Of a stretch of 32,000 nucleotides of DNA, positions 29,811-32,000 are shown one piece after another. Every line of letters starts with the position of its first letter. Position 1 is the first letter of the stretch. This DNA is from Candidatus Atelocyanobacterium thalassa isolate ALOHA (GTDB lineage Bacteria; Cyanobacteriota; Cyanobacteriia; Cyanobacteriales; Microcystaceae), in NCBI RefSeq assembly GCF_000025125.1, contig NC_013771.1:900001-932000 (forward strand), written 5' to 3'. The translations under genes and the position numbers were made by a program. A model generated the notes under the pieces. The model was not told where the DNA came from, made no database searches, and was given only the letters and a program-made list of their open reading frames with translations.

Positions 29811-32000
29811 ATGGATACTGGTCAAATTACATGGCAATCTCCATCTCTTGTAGATTTACCTCCCTCATTTACTAATATACTCAGCTCTTTCAACATTTCT
29901 CCTCAAGAAAATTTCATATCTCAAATTCTATGGAATAGGAATATTAGAACTGTTGATCAACTTAAGATTTTTTTGGATTGTGATTCTTATGAATCTCTAA
30001 GTATATTTGAAGGTTGGAGTGAGGTGATACCTTCTGTTTATAGATTAAAAGCAGCAGTTCAAAATAAAGAGAAGGTTATTATCTGCGGGAAAGAAGGTCT
30101 TAACAGCATCATAAGTACAAGTTTATTGTGGGAAGGGCTGGGAAATTTTTTGATACCTTACACTCAGCTTAATTATTATATTCCTAGCTATAGCACTAGA
30201 TGCCATGGTTTTAATACTGCATCGATAAAACAATTCGCTATTGAAGAAGTAAATTTAATTATTACTTGTGGCATAAAAGATTTTAGTCTGCAAGATCTTA
30301 GTCTTGCCAAATCTTTTGGTATTGATATTATTGCAATAGGCAGAAACATTAACCCCGTTAATTTAAAGGATCTTATATATACTATTGATTCTTATTCTTT
30401 ATCTGTAGATCATCCTTTCTTTGATCTTTCAGAAACTTCATTAGCATATAAATTAATTGAATCTCTTCACACCGAAATTCCTAAGACACCAAGCGATAAT
30501 TTAGATAATTTACTAGACTTAGTAGCCATTAATTCAATTTCTACTTTATTGAAATTAAATATAGAGTTGAGATATTTAACTAAAAAAGGTATTCAAAATT
30601 TACAAAAGCAACTAAAAAATCCTAGTAGGCCTGGAATAGCTTATTTACTCTATCTGTGTAAACTATCTGGAAACCGCCCAACTGATATTTGTTTTGGGAT
30701 TGGTTCTAGGATTAATTCTGTTTGTTGTGTCAATAAAAGTTCTAGTTTTCTGATAGAGTTACTGACTAACAAAGATAAAGATTATTCTGAAAAACTTGCT
30801 CTTGAAGCTGAATTAGCTAACATTCGATGTAATAACCTACAGCAATATATTATTAGAAATATTAGGCAAACTTTAAAAGCTATTGATTTATCTATAACTC
30901 AGGTTATTGTTCTAGAAAATCCTGAATGGGAGAGTGAAATATTGAAATTAATTGTTCAAGAAGTTTCATGTGAATATAATAAGCCAACAATTTTATTGAC
31001 AACCGTGGAATGTAAAGAAAATGAACAACAAAATTTAAATTTTTCCAAAGGATATGCATATTCTTCTAATAATATCAGTTCCTATGAATTGATATCTTCT
31101 CAACATGATCTACTGTATTCATTTTATGGAGAAGAATACTCAGATTTAGTTGATTTAAGTTTAAGTAATGAAAATATTCCTTTATTTAGAGAAAGAGCCA
31201 ATCAATACTTACGACAAAAATATGTTGAAATTGATACCTCAAAGTCTATAGTTGAGACTGATTTGACAGTTACAGTTTCTCAACTCGGACAATCTTTATT
31301 TCGAGAATTAAAAATTTTAGAGCCTTACGGTATAGGTAACCTGGTTCCTAAATTACTTATTAAAAATTGTTATCTTAAAATTTCTAAAAATAATAACGGC
31401 AAAACTTTTAAAAATCATAATTTAAAATATGTAAAAACTGAGTTTACTCTTTATGACTCTTCTACTAAAAAAGGATTTCCTGGAGTTTGGTGGGGGCACT
31501 CTAAGGGGGAACTACAGAATAAAGAGGATATAAAATATGATGTTATCGTCGAGCTAGGTTATAGCAACTTACAACCTGGAAATTATGAAGTGCGCTTAAT
31601 CGAAATTCAAGAAATTTCACATCATCTTGACTCCAAAAAGACAAGAATCAATTTATTAGATTATAGAAATGATAAAATTACTTTTAACAATATAAACAAT
31701 GGATCTTTTGAGCTTTTTAAGTTCTGTCCTGTTGATTGGTCAGAATTATTAAATATATATGAAAAAAGCTGTAAGAATTTTCAAGATCTAGCTTTATCGT
31801 ACTCATTCAACGTTGATTCAAGTTCTATCGATACAATTCAAAAAGCTATTGACATTGCTAATTTTTTATCTTCTAATAATCAAAAAATTACAAGGAAAAA
31901 ATTGCGAAAAGTCTTATCTCTAAGTGATTTTAGCTTAGATTTAATGTTAGATTTTTTAGGGAAATTTGGATTTTTAATTAATAAAGATAATAAAAAATTA
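29811..32000 (+). CDS. recJ: RecJ-like protein (DHH/DHHA1 fold) with substituted catalytic motifs. It is 3'-partial and continues beyond the window end.
   Basis: Not in the ORF track because it runs off the edge. I translated it by hand from ATG 29811, and 730 codons are open to position 32000. RecJ scaffold segments are conserved: IISTSLL, YIPSYS..HGF, NLIIT, SFGIDIIA, LLDLVA, RPGIAYLL, GSRIN and LEPYGIGNLVPKLLI (compare RecJ P(F/Y)G.GNP.P). At the catalytic positions it reads CGKEGLN, GRN and YGEE instead of GD.DADG, DHH and GGH. Confidence 0.8.
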   Translation, partial: MDTGQITWQSPSLVDLPPSFTNILSSFNISPQENFISQILWNRNIRTVDQLKIFLDCDSYESLSIFEGWSEVIPSVYRLKAAVQNKEKVIICGKEGLNSIISTSLLWEGLGNFLIPYTQLNYYIPSYSTRCHGFNTASIKQFAIEEVNLIITCGIKDFSLQDLSLAKSFGIDIIAIGRNINPVNLKDLIYTIDSYSLSVDHPFFDLSETSLAYKLIESLHTEIPKTPSDNLDNLLDLVAINSISTLLKLNIELRYLTKKGIQNLQKQLKNPSRPGIAYLLYLCKLSGNRPTDICFGIGSRINSVCCVNKSSSFLIELLTNKDKDYSEKLALEAELANIRCNNLQQYIIRNIRQTLKAIDLSITQVIVLENPEWESEILKLIVQEVSCEYNKPTILLTTVECKENEQQNLNFSKGYAYSSNNISSYELISSQHDLLYSFYGEEYSDLVDLSLSNENIPLFRERANQYLRQKYVEIDTSKSIVETDLTVTVSQLGQSLFRELKILEPYGIGNLVPKLLIKNCYLKISKNNNGKTFKNHNLKYVKTEFTLYDSSTKKGFPGVWWGHSKGELQNKEDIKYDVIVELGYSNLQPGNYEVRLIEIQEISHHLDSKKTRINLLDYRNDKITFNNINNGSFELFKFCPVDWSELLNIYEKSCKNFQDLALSYSFNVDSSSIDTIQKAIDIANFLSSNNQKITRKKLRKVLSLSDFSLDLMLDFLGKFGFLINKDNKKL

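Noticed and set aside
1-32000. A search for CRISPR arrays, IS/transposase or integrase genes, phage remnants, toxin-antitoxin pairs, restriction-modification genes or other defence modules.
   Set aside because: None was found. There are no regularly spaced direct repeats. Every ORF over 100 aa has a housekeeping or conserved-cyanobacterial assignment. The only tRNA (Leu-GAG) has no adjacent integrase or direct-repeat scar that I could see.

Overview
This is a visibly AT-rich 32-kb stretch of cyanobacterial chromosome (about 30% G+C by eye, not computed). It carries single-copy housekeeping genes on both strands, separated by fairly long AT-rich spacers. The two edge ORFs are missing from the supplied track and were translated by hand. 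Gene order is: thrS (-, partial), serS (+), bcp/prxQ (-), rodA (-), HCF101-type mrp (-), a small coiled-coil ORF (+), an ABC1/UbiB kinase (+), chlM (+), glgC (-), uvrB (+), tRNA-Leu(GAG) (-), a VanX/DdpX-type D-Ala-D-Ala dipeptidase (-), a family-5 peptide-type ABC substrate-binding lipoprotein (-), sat (+), a Tat-signal caspase-fold protein with a substituted catalytic dyad (+), an LptD/OstA-like protein (+), rpsP (+), a KH-domain protein (+), an LpxB-related glycosyltransferase (+), a small conserved hypothetical (+), murB (-), murC (-), fabG (-) and a RecJ-like ORF (+, runs off the window). I found no CRISPR array, transposase, integrase, phage gene, toxin-antitoxin pair or recognisable defence island. 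This looks like core genome of a genome-reduced unicellular cyanobacterium; UCYN-A/Atelocyanobacterium-like is my guess and is inference only. Three things deserve a second look. First, the RecJ-like ORF stays open for at least 730 codons although all DHH/DHHA1 catalytic residues appear substituted. Second, a perfect 26-bp inverted repeat lies in the divergent promoter region upstream of sat. Third, the caspase-fold protein has Tyr and Ser at the catalytic positions. I do not see convincing evidence of a wholly new multi-gene system here.
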